Below, piece by piece: positions 14,371 through 26,134 of a stretch of DNA of 64,000 nucleotides. The stretch comes from Octopus sinensis (taxonomy: Eukaryota), in the NCBI RefSeq assembly GCF_006345805.1, contig NC_042999.1:56916001-56980000 (forward strand). The letters are read 5' to 3'. The position numbers and the translations under genes were made by a program. The notes below the pieces were generated by a model. The model was given only the letters and a program-made list of their open reading frames with translations. It searched no databases and was not told the origin of the DNA. Positions within the stretch are counted from its first letter, which is position 1, and the number at the start of each line of letters is the position of its first letter.

Positions 14371-14594
14371 AGCATACTTCCATAGGTCTCAGTCTCTAGT
14401 CATTTCCTTGGTGAGACCTAAAGTTCGAAGGTCGTGCTTCACCACCTCGTCCCAGGTTTTCCTGGGTCTACCTCTTCCACAGGTTCCCTCAACTGCTAGG
14501 GTGTAGCACTTTTGCACACAACTATCTACAGCCATTCTCGTCACATGACCATACCAGCGCAGCCGTCTCTCTTGCACACCACAATTGACGCTTC

Positions 14595-15659
14595 TTAGGT
14601 CAACTTTTCTCTCAAGGTACTTACACTCTGACGATTATGAACACTGACATTACACATCCATCGGAGCATACTGGCTTCATTTCTTGCAAGCTTACGCATA
14701 TCCTCAGCAGTCACGGCCCATGTTTCACTACCATGTAGCATGGCTGTACGTACACATGCATCATACAGTCTGCCTTTTACTCTGAGCGAGAGGCCTTTTG
14801 TCACCAGCAGGGGTAAGAGCTCTCTAAACTTTGCCCAAGCTATTCTTACTCTAGCAGTTACACTTTCAGCATACCCACCCCCGCTACTGACTTGGTCTCC
14901 TAGGTAGCAGAAGCTATCAACTACTTCTAGTTTGTCTCCCTGGAACGTGGTAGAAGTTGGTCTCTGCACATTTCCAGTGTTTATTGCTCCTGAGCATCTG
15001 CCACAGACAAAAACTATTTTCCTAGTTAGCCTTCCTTTGACATTGCTGCACCTCTTATGTGTCCATAGCTTACACTTGGTGCACCTTATAGAGTTTCTAC
15101 CTACACCTTTTTTACAGATCGAGCAGGGCCATCTACCTGAAGTCGTTTGTGATTGGTCCACCTTCCTACTTATTAGGACTTTGGTTTTGACTAGGTTGAT
15201 TCTAAGGCCCTTCGATTCTAATCCTTGTTTCCACACCTGAAACTTCTCCTCCAGTTCTGATAGTGACTCAGCAATTAGAGCAAGGTCGTCAGCATAGAGG
15301 AGCTCCCAGGGGCATCCTGTCTTGAATTCCTCCGTTATTGCCTGGAGGACTATGATAAATAGGAGGGGACTGAGGACTGAACCTTGGTGGACCCCAACCT
15401 CTACCCGGAATTCTTCACTGTACTCGTTGCCAACCCTCACCTTACTAGCAGCGTCTCTGTACATGGCTTGCACAGCTCTCACTAACCATTCATCTATCCC
15501 TAGTTTCCTCATTGACCACCAGATAAGGGATCGGGGGACCCTGTCAAAGGCTTTCTCCAAGTCAACAAAAGCCAGGTACAAGGGCTTGTCTTTGGCTAGG
15601 TATTTCTCCTGCAGCTGTCTTACCAGGAATATAGCATCAGAACCCAAACTGCATATCAT
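14595..15659 (-). CDS. RTE ORF segment: RT core, PHD-type finger, thumb
   Basis: 354-aa open frame containing YADD and CSIC...CTKC..WTHKRC...CGRC. Confidence 0.9.
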   Translation of the reverse strand: MICSLGSDAIFLVRQLQEKYLAKDKPLYLAFVDLEKAFDRVPRSLIWWSMRKLGIDEWLVRAVQAMYRDAASKVRVGNEYSEEFRVEVGVHQGSVLSPLLFIIVLQAITEEFKTGCPWELLYADDLALIAESLSELEEKFQVWKQGLESKGLRINLVKTKVLISRKVDQSQTTSGRWPCSICKKGVGRNSIRCTKCKLWTHKRCSNVKGRLTRKIVFVCGRCSGAINTGNVQRPTSTTFQGDKLEVVDSFCYLGDQVSSGGGYAESVTARVRIAWAKFRELLPLLVTKGLSLRVKGRLYDACVRTAMLHGSETWAVTAEDMRKLARNEASMLRWMCNVSVHNRQSVSTLREKLT

Positions 15660-17170
15660 CTAAGCTAACACTCTCTCTAATTAGTTGGGCTATAACCCTC
15701 TCCGTAACCTTCATTACCTGATCCAGCAGCTTGATGCCTCTGTAGTTATTTGTATCTAGGGCGTCGCCTTTACCTTTGTAGCAGTTGACTATTATGCTGC
15801 TACACCAGTCATTGGGTATGACTCCCTCGTGTATCACCTGGTTAACTATACGGGTGACTAAGCTATAGCCGACACCACCAGATATTTTGAGCATCTCTGC
15901 AGTAATTCCTGATGGGCCTGGGGCTTTCCCTGTTTTCATGCTTCTAATTGCCTTATCTACTAAGGAACTGTTAACTCGGATTGCTGGTCCCTCTGTTGGG
16001 TCGACATTCGGCAGACTCTCTTTATCCCATTCATTTTCTTCATTCAGCAACCTTTCATAGTGGCATCTCCAAGCCTCTCTCTTTGCATCCTCATTTAGCG
16101 CAAGTGAACCGTCATCCTTGCGAACACACTTCTCTCCTACCACGTCACGGTTCTCTCTCACACACTGTCTTGCAACACGAAATACCTCAAGTCTTTCATC
16201 CTCACGGCGCAGGACATTGGCAAATTTTTCCTTATCTGCCTCCCCTCTGGCTAGATAGACCTGTCTCCTGGCTTCCCTTCTGGCAGTCTGATACACTTCC
16301 CTGCTACCACCGTTCTTCCAGGCCTTCCAAGCCTGTTTCTTTTGTCTAATAGCCCTGTCAACAATATTGTTCCACCACCACGTTATTTTGGGTCTTAAGG
16401 GGACTTTGCACCAGCCACAGATCTGGTCAGCGGCTTTCAGCAGGTTGTCCCTCAGAAGCGTCCAGTTGTCTTCTACCCCATGCGTAGCTATACTCCCTTC
16501 CATTTCGTCTAAGGCTTCAAATAACATATCTCTAAATCTCTGTCCATTCGCAGGGTCTTTAAGCTTCCAGACCCTTCTTCTCCATGTTGGTCGTCTTCTA
16601 GTCGCCCTCTTAGTCCTGATCCTAAAGTCACTAACTACCAGTCTATGTTGTGGGGTGCATTCTTCGCCTGGGAAGGTTTTGGCATTTATAAGCAGCCATC
16701 TTTCCCTTTTTCTGGCAAGGATGTAGTCGATTTGACTAGTATGCCGGCCCGATCGGTAGGTGACCAGGTGGCTTGTCGGTTTCCTGAAGTTAGTGTTGCA
16801 AACCATAAGACTATTCGCATCGCAGAACTCCAGCAGCCTGGTTCCCTCCTCGTTGCGGGAACCGTAACCGTAGCCTCCATGCACGCCATGGAAGCCCCCA
16901 GCACATCGTCCAACATGCCCATTGAAGTCACCAGCCACAAAGAGAAGGTCCCTGTCGTTCGTCAATGATGTGGTCTGCAGTAGGGTGTCATAGAAACAGT
17001 CTTTCTGTCCATCAGGTAGCCCTGGCTGAGGGGCATAGGCCGATATAATAGTTGCTAAACTATGATGGAGCACTAATCTAATCTTAATTATTCTGTCACA
17101 TACTCTGACTATCTCGATTACCTTATCTACCCATTTTTTGGCGATAAGCATGCACACACCCCCGACCCCG

Positions 17171-17172
<2 letters not shown>
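15637..17172 (-). CDS. RTE ORF segment: AP endonuclease (N-terminally truncated), linker and RT N-terminus
   Basis: ORF 15637..17244; its first ~25 residues derive from (TA)n and the real sequence starts near DGVGGVCMLIAKKW. Confidence 0.85.
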
Positions 17173-17221
<49 letters not shown>

Positions 17222-17430
17222 AACATATATATATGTACATGCATTTATATGAAGAAACATCCATATATACACACACATATATATATGTGTACATGTATGC
17301 ATACATATATATAAACATACTTATGTAAGCATATATATATGTACGTACATTTATATGAAGAAACATCCATATACACACACATAAATGTGTACATGTATGT
17401 ATACATATATATAAACATACTTACATAAGC

Positions 17431-17492
<62 letters not shown>

Positions 17493-17709
17493 ACATATAT
17501 ATATGTACATGCATTTATATGAAGAAACATCCATATATACACACACATATATATATGTGTACATGTATGCATACATATATATATAAACATACTTATGTAA
17601 GCATATATATATGTACGTACATTTATATGAAGAAACATCCATATACACACACATAAATGTGTACATGTATGTATACATATATATAAACATACTTACATAA
17701 GCATATATA

Positions 17710-17740
<31 letters not shown>
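17173..17740. repeat. (TA)-rich minisatellite with higher-order duplication
   Basis: gaagaaacatcc at 17251, 17357, 17521 and 17629 (a pair of ~107-bp units, repeated ~270 bp later). Confidence 0.85.
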
Positions 17741-18701
17741 ACACTCGCGTCTAAATGTTTGGCAGCAATTTCAAAGGGAGGAGAAAAAATGAATTGGGAA
17801 TAAAACCAGCAATAAATTACTAGCAATGTGTTTTTTTGCCTGTTGTTTCTTTTCTTTTTTTTTCTATTATTCTTTCTCTCCACACTGCCTCCCACCGTCC
17901 TTCTCCTTCCACAAATGAAACAGCAATCATAGAATTATCTAGAATATAACTGCTGAGTGTGAAGGAAGAAGTAGTTATGTAACATCCTGCTGTCCAGTGC
18001 TATATTCATTTGTATCTGTTGTTGCAATCTTTCTAATTTATTCTTTACATTGAAGAATTTCAAATTCAGTGTATTCATGTGGAAATTACAATAATTTTTA
18101 CATCATACAGCTACATAGATTTTAAAATCAGTTCCATAAGGTGGTGCTTTGAGCTAGTCTCTTTTACCTTGTACACATGTTGACTGAGGTCTTGTGAGCA
18201 AAATTTGGCAAACACAAAGTGGGCAGGGGGCTGTCAAAGGCACTGCTATTCCTGTTTTCGGGTGATAAAAATAATCTCAGTCATACATATTTAGGCCTTT
18301 GATATTGTTAGCATAACCCACTCTGCTGCAAGCATTTAGATCATATATAAATGCCTGCAACAGAGTGGGCAGTGCCCTACCTCTTCTAATTAAGCCATTA
18401 AAATGTTTAAAAAATATGTTATCATCCTCCTCCTCATCATCAGCTGCTGCAGTAGTAGAGGATGCTGCTGATGCTGATGCTGATGTTGATGTTTACATGT
18501 TGCTCTTAGAATGAAAGGCAATAAGATGTTTTGTTTATTCACCTACCACTGTGATTTGAGGCCAGTTTAAGAACTTACCAGTTAGTAGCCTCACCTATCA
18601 GTTATTGTCTCACTTATGAACTAGTGAAAAGCAACATATATAAGAGTGTATGAACACATATATAGACAAAGTGCATGTACAAACACATGCATATATACTC
18701 A

Positions 18702-18742
<41 letters not shown>

Positions 18743-19169
18743 TGTGTGTGTGTGTGTGTGTGTAAATAACCATTTGTATTGATAGTGAGATGAATTATTA
18801 AAAAACAATTTTTAAAAATTGTTTATGAGGGAAAATAGGTTTGTTCACAACCAAAGACAAAATCAGCAAATACGACTGCTCATGTCAGACTTCTTTACTC
18901 CCAGCCAGTTCTTGAATGTCAACACTTGCATTTTAGCCCAAAGTCTCTCATCGGACAGTGCCAAAAATTTGGGCAGCATGTATTGCTGCTGCTTCAGGGA
19001 TTCTGGTTAAAGAATAAGCATGCCATATTGTTATATATGGTATGAAGTGAAATAAAGGATAGATAACATCTGTTAAATACTGCCACAAAATGTCCTTTCC
19101 AACCCATGCCATCATTGAGAAGTGGGATTAAAAGAATGATGATGGTGCATAGAACAAATCAACTCCAAT

Positions 19170-19500
19170 GTTTGTTTTTTCTAAGCCTGGGACTTATTCT
19201 ATCAGCCTCTTTTTTTTTTTTGCCTGATGGTTAAGTTACAGGATGTAAGCAAACCAGCATTGGTTGTTAAGTGGTGGTGAGAAACAAAGATATACACCCC
19301 CCACACATACACACACACATATATAAATATATATATAGGCACAGGAATGGCTGTGTGGTAAGATGCTTACTTCCCAACCACATGGTTCCAAGTTCAGTCC
19401 CATTGCATGGCACCTTGGGCAAGTATCTTCTGCTATAGCCTCGAGCCGACCAAGGCCTTGTGAGTGGATTTGGTTGACAGAAACCCATTCTATATATATA
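19170..19500. mobile_element. Two partial SINE B pieces (minus-strand tail, plus-strand head)
   Basis: Tail motif ggacttattctatcag on one side, head ggaatggctgtgtggtaag on the other. Confidence 0.65.
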
Positions 19501-20010
19501 CATATATACATCACACATTCTGACTGAATCTTTGCGTCAACATGTACCTCTTTGCAACAATGTAGCCTTCAATCTAATCAAGATATCCTTGGCCTGAAGA
19601 GTAGCCGGTGGTATATACCTTACTTGGAGTTTACCATTTCTAAGGTTCCACTCAGTATGAAACATATGCAGCTGGATTTCCCAAATTTCCCAAACTCCAT
19701 TCTGTAACTCTTGTATATATATCTATATATATATATAGATATATATACAGTTGATGTGTGTTCTGTTTTGAAGAAGCCATGGATGTTGTAGCATACAAAT
19801 CTAAATTTACTTACGGAGACAGCAACTGAGTATCACCTGAGGAGATATATATAGATCTTCTTATACAGGTAAATCGTTATATAATTTAATTTAAATTTAA
19901 CTTTAAATCCTGTATATACGAGGTCCTGTATGTATCCAAACATTTGTAGTGATTAGAATGCTGCCTAACCGTACTTACTCTTCCTTTTGACTCTTTTACT
20001 TTTTACTTTA

Positions 20011-20054
<44 letters not shown>

Positions 20055-20055
<1 letters not shown>

Positions 20056-20241
20056 TTTCTACTCTAGGAACAAGGTTTGAAATTTTTGGGGAAGGATCTA
20101 GTTGATTAGATCAGCCCCAGTATGCAAGTGGTACTTAATTTATCGAGCCCAAAAGGATGAAAGGCAAAGTCAACCTCGGTGGAATTTGAACTCAGAAAAA
20201 ATACCACTAAGCATTTGACCTGGCATGCTAACATTTCTGCC

Positions 20242-20290
<49 letters not shown>

Positions 20291-20460
20291 ACTAGTTTCT
20301 TTCAGTTTCCATTTACGAAATCCACTCACAAAGCTTTGGTTGACCTGAGGCTATCATAAAAGTCACTTGCCCAAGTTGCCAATTGGTGGGGCTGAAACCA
20401 GAACTATGTGGTTGGGAAGCAAATTTCTTACCACATAAACATGTTGTGCCTATATATAAA
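20055..20460 (-). mobile_element. SINE F (20055-20245) and SINE B head (20290-20460)
   Basis: Family motifs on minus strand, separated by (TA)n. Confidence 0.7.
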
Positions 20461-20987
20461 TATACAGATTCTTCCTCTCGTCCCTTCCCTATCTCTAAAT
20501 TATCTTTCAGTCTCCCAGACATTCTTGCAAACACCATTCACCCATCCACACTTCCTGTTCTTCAGCCCTCACTCACTTCCACTGTTTTTATCTCATTCCA
20601 AATTCATTCTTGCTGCTCCCACCCTTTCTTCTACAATGTGCGTAGACACATAACTCTTCTACAACAAGAATCCTGTTCTATTTCTGGTTCCTTCTCATAC
20701 CCTGTAACTCTCATCCCCTACTTTAAAGCTGTCTCCAGTCTCTCTTCTCTAGCCTCACTCAGTAGCAGATGATCTTAGACTTGCGGGTTGCATGCTGACC
20801 TCACAAGTGCTGATGCCATGAAAAAGCAAGCAGTATATACTATAAAGTGGTTGTCAAACTATCAAACTGCCCAACACATACCAGTATGGAACATGGATAC
20901 TAAATGATGGTGATAATAATCATATATACACATATATATATATGTATGCATATATATGTATATATACACACACACATATATATATAC

Positions 20988-21019
<32 letters not shown>

Positions 21020-21296
21020 ACATACATGCATACATACACACACACATACATACGTATGTGTGTATGTGTGTGTGTCTAAGTGTTTCTGTTTTGCTCCCAC
21101 TACCACTTGAAATCTGCTGTTGGTTTGTTAACATCCCGGTAAATTAGCAGTTGAGCGAGATGGGACCAATAGAATATGTACCAGGTTTAGAAACACAAAA
21201 TAAATAAATAAATAAATAAATAAATAAGGTACTGGAATAAATTTGTCTGACAAAGCCCTTTAAGGCAATGCTTCAACATACTTGCATTGTAATCTT

Positions 21297-21522
21297 ATTT
21301 CTTTATTGCACACAAGGGTCTAAACATAGAGGGGACAAACAAGGACAGACAAAAGGATTAACTCGATTACATCAATCCCAGTGCATAACTGGTACTTAAT
21401 TTATCGACCCTGAAAGGATGAAAGGCAAAGTTGACCTCAGCAGAATTTGAACTCAGAATGTAGCAGACGAAATGCTGCTAAGCATTTCGCCCAGCATGCT
21501 AACGTTTCTGCCAGCTCGCCAA
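21297..21522 (-). mobile_element. SINE family G
   Basis: Full head, core and G-type tail. Confidence 0.85.
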
Positions 21523-21629
21523 TCTTAAAACTAAAACAAGTGAAGTATAAAAGAAAAAAAATACTCATGTTTTCATTTCTGTTTTCCTGTTTGTATCACC
21601 AAACTTATAATATCCATTACTCTTTACTC

Positions 21630-22036
21630 TTTACTCTTTTACTTGTTTCAGTCATTTGAGTGCGACCATGCTGGAGCACCGCCTTTTAGTCGAGCAAATC
21701 GACCCCAGGACTTATTCTTTGTAAGCCCAGTACTTATTCTATCGGTCTCTTTTGCCAAACCGTTAAGTGACGGGGACGTAAACACACCAGCATTGGTTGT
21801 CAAGCAATGCTAGGGGGACAAACACAGACACACAAACACATACACACACATATATATATATACATATATACGACAGGCTTCTTTCAGTTTCCGTCTACCA
21901 AATCCACTCACAAGGCATTGGTCGGCCCGGGGCTATAGCAGAAGACACTTGCCCAAGATGCCAGGCAGTGGGACTGAACCCGGAACCATGTGGTTGGTAA
22001 GCAAGCTACTTACCACACAGCCACTCCTGCGCCTAT
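21630..22036 (-). mobile_element. SINE family B, full length
   Basis: Reverse complement of the family consensus, including the internal microsatellite. Confidence 0.9.
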
Positions 22037-22074
22037 GTATATTTAAGTACCATCTTAAACCAGTCACTTCCTCT

Positions 22075-22077
<3 letters not shown>

Positions 22078-22107
<30 letters not shown>

Positions 22108-23755
22108 TTTGATATGATCCTATAAATATCAATTTGACCATATGAAATATGGTAACGTCCTTTCAATTATTAGTGGAGTTTTTTTTTTCTTTTTTTTATC
22201 TGATAATCCTAGTTTAAAGAAACAAGTTAGATAACAAACTACCATTTTTGTTATCACTACAAGCATAAGCAACAGCAACAACAAATACTACAACAATGAC
22301 AATAAAAACATAGAAGCTACAAGATCTCCATGGGTGCAAATCTTCCAAAGAAAACAAAAACCGAAATTACTGACCTCAACATTTCTGAAATCATTAATTC
22401 CTACACTGAAATATGCACTTTCAATAAAATATCTACAGCCACATCTAAGGAATAAATTATGGTGACTTCTAAGTTACTGAACCATCTAAGAAACCAATTC
22501 CAAGTAGAATAGTAACAAAAAAAAAAGAAGAATGATCAAACGCCACTATTTAACTGAAATAGATAAACTAATAAAAACTTGATGCACCCTGAACTAAAAC
22601 ATCATATAACTGCTGATATAAACCAAAATATCTTGGGTTTATGAGGAGATGTGTGGAAATAGTTATTTGACCTGCTAGAAATAGCAGCTAAATATTATTC
22701 AAATAATGCACTAGTATTTAACAACAAAGCATAAGAGTGTGGTAAGTAGCTTGCTTACCACATGGTTCCGGGTTCAGTCCCACTGTGTGGCAGCTTGGGC
22801 AAGTATCTTCTACTATAGCCTCGGGCTGACCAAAGGCTTGTGAGTGGATTTGGTAGGCGGAAACTGAAAGAAGCCTGTCGTATATATGTATATATATATG
22901 TGTGTGTGTGAGTGTGTGTGTGTGTGTGTGTCTTTGATATGATCCTATAAATATCAATTTGACCATATGAAATATGGTAACGTCCTTTCAATTATTAGTG
23001 GAGTTTTTTTTTTCTTTTTTTTTATCTGATAATCCTAGTTTAAAGAAACAAGTTAGATAACAAACTACCATTTTTGTTATCACTACAAGCATAAGCAACA
23101 GCAACAACAAATACTACAACAATGACAATAAAAACATAGAAGCTACAAGATCTCCATGGGTGCAAATCTTCCAAAGAAAACAAAAACCGAAATTACTGAC
23201 CTCAACATTTCTGAAATCATTAATTCCTACACTGAAATATGCACTTTCAATAAAATATCTACAGCCACATCTAAGGAATAAATTATGGTGACTTCTAAGT
23301 TACTGAACCATCTAAGAAACCAATTCCAAGTAGAATAGTAACAAAAAAAAAAGAAGAATGATCAAACGCCACTATTTAACTGAAATAGATAAACTAATAA
23401 AAACTTGATGCACCCTGAACTAAAACATCATATAACTGCTGATATAAACCAAAATATCTTGGGTTTATGAGGAGATGTGTGGAAATAGTTATTTGACCTG
23501 CTAGAAATAGCAGCTAAATATTATTCAAATAATGCACTAGTATTTAACAACAAAGCATAAGAGTGTGGTAAGTAGCTTGCTTACCACATGGTTCCGGGTT
23601 CAGTCCCACTGTGTGGCAGCTTGGGCAAGTATCTTCTACTATAGCCTCGGGCTGACCAAAGGCTTGTGAGTGGATTTGGTAGGCGGAAACTGAAAGAAGC
23701 CTGTCGTATATATGTATATATATATATGTGTGTGTGTGAGTGTGTGTGTGTGTTT
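22078..23755. repeat. Direct tandem duplication, 825-bp unit
   Basis: tctttgatatgatcc at 22106 and 22931; copies near-identical; each bounded by (GT)n. Confidence 0.95.
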
Positions 23756-23960
23756 GTCTGTGTTTGTCTCCCCCCCACATTGCTTGACAACCGATGCTGG
23801 TGCGTTTTCGTCCCCGTAACTTAGCAGTTTGACAAAAGAGACTGATAGAATAAGTACTAGGCTTACAAAGAATAAGTCCTGGGGTCGATTTGCTTGACTA
23901 AAGGCAGTGCTCCAGCATGGCCACAGTCAAATGACTGAAACAAGTAAAAGAGTAAAGAGA
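23555..23960 (+). mobile_element. SINE family B (head duplicated at 22730-22930)
   Basis: Family head, core and tail motifs. Confidence 0.85.
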
Positions 23961-24215
23961 AAAAACAGAAGACACATTGCATAAAGTAGTTCTAGTCTGC
24001 TGGTGGGGTGGGGCAGAGTAAAGAAAGAAGCAGTCTGTGGTGGTCATGGCTGGAACGCTGTTAATCATGGGTCTCTTTGATCAGGGTTGACTTGGAGCTG
24101 AACAATGATGACAACAAAAATAACAACAAACACAACCACTGTCGCCACCACTGTCACCACTGCTGCCACCCCCACTACCCTACTGTTGCTGCTGCTGTTT
24201 GTTTGTTTGTTTGTT

Positions 24216-24651
24216 GAGTGAAGCGGTTTTCGTCCCAGTGGGAGAAGTCCGAAACGTGGTGGTGCTGGTTGCTGTTGCTGTTGAGCGAATGGTCTTCGTC
24301 CCAGGGCTCGCAAGATGGGAGAAGTCCAAAACGTGGTCCTTTGCTATTCGTAAGACCCGCAGAAGAGAAAGTAGGTCAACCCCCAACCGCGAGAGCATCG
24401 ATGGATGGATGAATGCGCATCCAGGCTCAGTGGTTGCATAGGAAGTCGGGGACAAGAAACAGGAAGAAAGAGTGAGAGAAAGTTGAAGCGAAAGAGTACA
24501 ACAGGGGTCGCCACCACCCCCTGCCAGAGCCTCATGGAGCTTTAGGTGTTTTTGCTCAATAAACACATGCAACGCTCAGTCTGGGAATCGAAACTGCGAT
24601 CCTCCGACCGCGAGTCCGCTGCCCTAAACCACTGGGCCATTGTGCCTCCAC
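24216..24651 (-). mobile_element. tRNA-derived SINE, family D
   Basis: Minus strand: ggaggcacaatggcccagtggtttagggcagcggactcgcggtcggaggatcgcagtttcgattccc (A- and B-boxes); ends in (AAAC)n; head copy at 53893-54010. Confidence 0.75.
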
Positions 24652-24979
24652 TGCTGCTGCTGTCCCACTACCAACATCATCATCAGTAGCATGACCAACA
24701 TGACCACCACATTGAAAAAATGAAACAAAAAGAGAAGAGGAATCAAACTTAGGGTGACAAAAGTTTTGTTAAAAAATGGCGTATACAGAACATACATCCG
24801 CATCAACGGTACAAATTGTAGCTACATGCATCACATATGTTTAATATGATTTACCATGGTCTAACCACAACCTACATGTGTTGACATTATATAATGTAAC
24901 TACATATTTTACCATCGAATGATGTGACCACAATATACACCACATGCTGTCATCAAATGATATAACCTTCCATTAAACA

Positions 24980-25446
24980 TGCCTTGTTTCCCTGGGCATG
25001 GATTCACTGAAGCTCCAGCGTCTGGCGATGGACTTGGTAAACACCCACAAAGTTATCAACCACCTCACCAACAACAACACTGAACACCTTTTTGATCTCC
25101 ATGTGTCCAACACACGTGGACATGCCTACAAAGTCAGAAAACAGCACAGCTCCCATGACTTTCGGAAACATTTTTTCACGCTCAGAGTTGCTGAAGCATG
25201 GAACAAACTGCCTGCGTCAGTTGTTGACTGCCATGATACTGCATCCTTTAAGGCCCTCATGCTTTCCGAAATCCGCCGAAACTACACCTGATTGCCCCCC
25301 TTCCATACTCATACACATATGTGTATGTCATGACTCATGCACTGTTCTTTTCCTGACGCTTGTACATTACCCTGTGTACTATACATACACTTTAGATGAG
25401 TTGTAGTGCACCTGAGCACTGTACACAATGTTTTATTATTATTATT
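24980..25446 (+). mobile_element. CR1-clade LINE 3' end
   Basis: ORF 24998..25291: LKLQRLAMDLVNTHKV...TRGHAYKVRK...RKHFFTLRVAEAWNKLPASVV...SFKAL, a typical CR1 C-terminus; 3' UTR ends gtgcacctgagcactgtacacaat plus (ATT)n. Confidence 0.85.
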
Positions 25447-25469
25447 ATAATCATATCACATATCACACG

Positions 25470-25855
25470 CTGTGCTAGTATTGGTTATAAGTACCAGTGT
25501 TTAACTGATATTTAATTTAATTGTCCCCAAAAGAATGAAATGTAAAGATGACATCAGTGGAATTCAAACTCAGAACATGAAGAGGGACAAAAAGCTGCCA
25601 AGCATTTTGCCTGGCACAGTAACGATTCTGTCAGCTTGATGTGCTAATATTGACTTTAAAATTTGGCATAAGATCATCAATTTCAGGGAGGGGGTAAGTT
25701 AATTACATTGATTCAATGCCCACCTGGTATTTATTTTAATTGACCACAAAAGGATGAAAGCTAAAGATGGCCTTGGGAGAATTCTAAGTCAGAACTTGAA
25801 AATGGACGAAAAGCTGCTAAGCGTTTTGCCTGACACAGTAACAATTCTGCCAGCT
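25470..25855 (-). mobile_element. Two tandem SINE F copies (degraded)
   Basis: Two sets of core and B-box motifs. Confidence 0.7.
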
Positions 25856-25912
25856 TACTGCGCTAATATTGGGTTCTGCCAGCTTACTGTGCTAATATTA
25901 GGTTGGGGATAA

Positions 25913-26132
25913 CCCTTTCATGTTTAAACTGGCCATATCCGGCCCAAATATTCTCCATATTCTATATTCAAACTGGCCATATCTAGCCTCTCACACCTAC
26001 CCTACAATGTTATTTTAAAAATAAACAATCACATCTTTGAAACCTCAAAGCTAAGGGATAGCGCATGATTAATTCAAAACAATTTGAGTGAAAATGCATT
26101 ACATTTGATAGAGTATTCTGAACACTAAAGGT
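25913..26132. mobile_element. ~220-bp piggyBac-type MITE (family P2)
   Basis: (A)TAA-ccctttca ... ctaaaggt-TTAA; homologous to 55925-56144, 30248-30473 and 38560-39222. Confidence 0.7.
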
Positions 26133-26134
26133 TT

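Larger units (their letters stand above)
12311..17172 (-). mobile_element. Young RTE-clade LINE, 5'-truncated inside the endonuclease domain, with tandemly amplified 3' UTR
   Basis: APE and RT ORF segments, (GAT)n tail at 12311-12334, 5' end abutting (TA)n at 17173. Confidence 0.95.
14344..17172 (-). pseudogene. RTE ORF (AP endonuclease, reverse transcriptase, PHD-type finger) interrupted by three lesions
   Basis: APE motifs GDFNGHVG, IDYIL, QHRLVVSD; RT motifs NYRGIKLL, DLEKAFDRV, GVHQGSVLSPLLF, YADD, YLG. 20-bp deletion near 15640 and 1-bp deletion near 14600 relative to the 57.5-kb copy; CGA>TGA at 14389-14391. Confidence 0.92.

Noticed and set aside
12359-14506. Recurrent Cys/His/Arg-rich ORFs (MCHRHRC...)
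   Set aside because: Translations of the repeated non-coding UTR; frames are not maintained between units.
14932-16968. Plus-strand ORFs overlapping the RTE (and equivalents at 52.5-53.7 and 58.2-59.3 kb)
   Set aside because: Antisense shadows of the RTE ORF with no independent motifs.
18579-18620. 42-nt minus-strand segment with good acceptor and GTAAGT donor
   Set aside because: Stops in all three frames; a non-coding exon cannot be excluded but is unsupported.
20383-20772. 129-aa Ser/Pro/Leu-rich ORF
   Set aside because: Starts inside a SINE B head and runs through pyrimidine-rich low-complexity DNA; no recognisable domain.
24065-24572. ORFs of 63-130 aa on both strands
   Set aside because: They lie within SINE D and adjoining triplet repeats.
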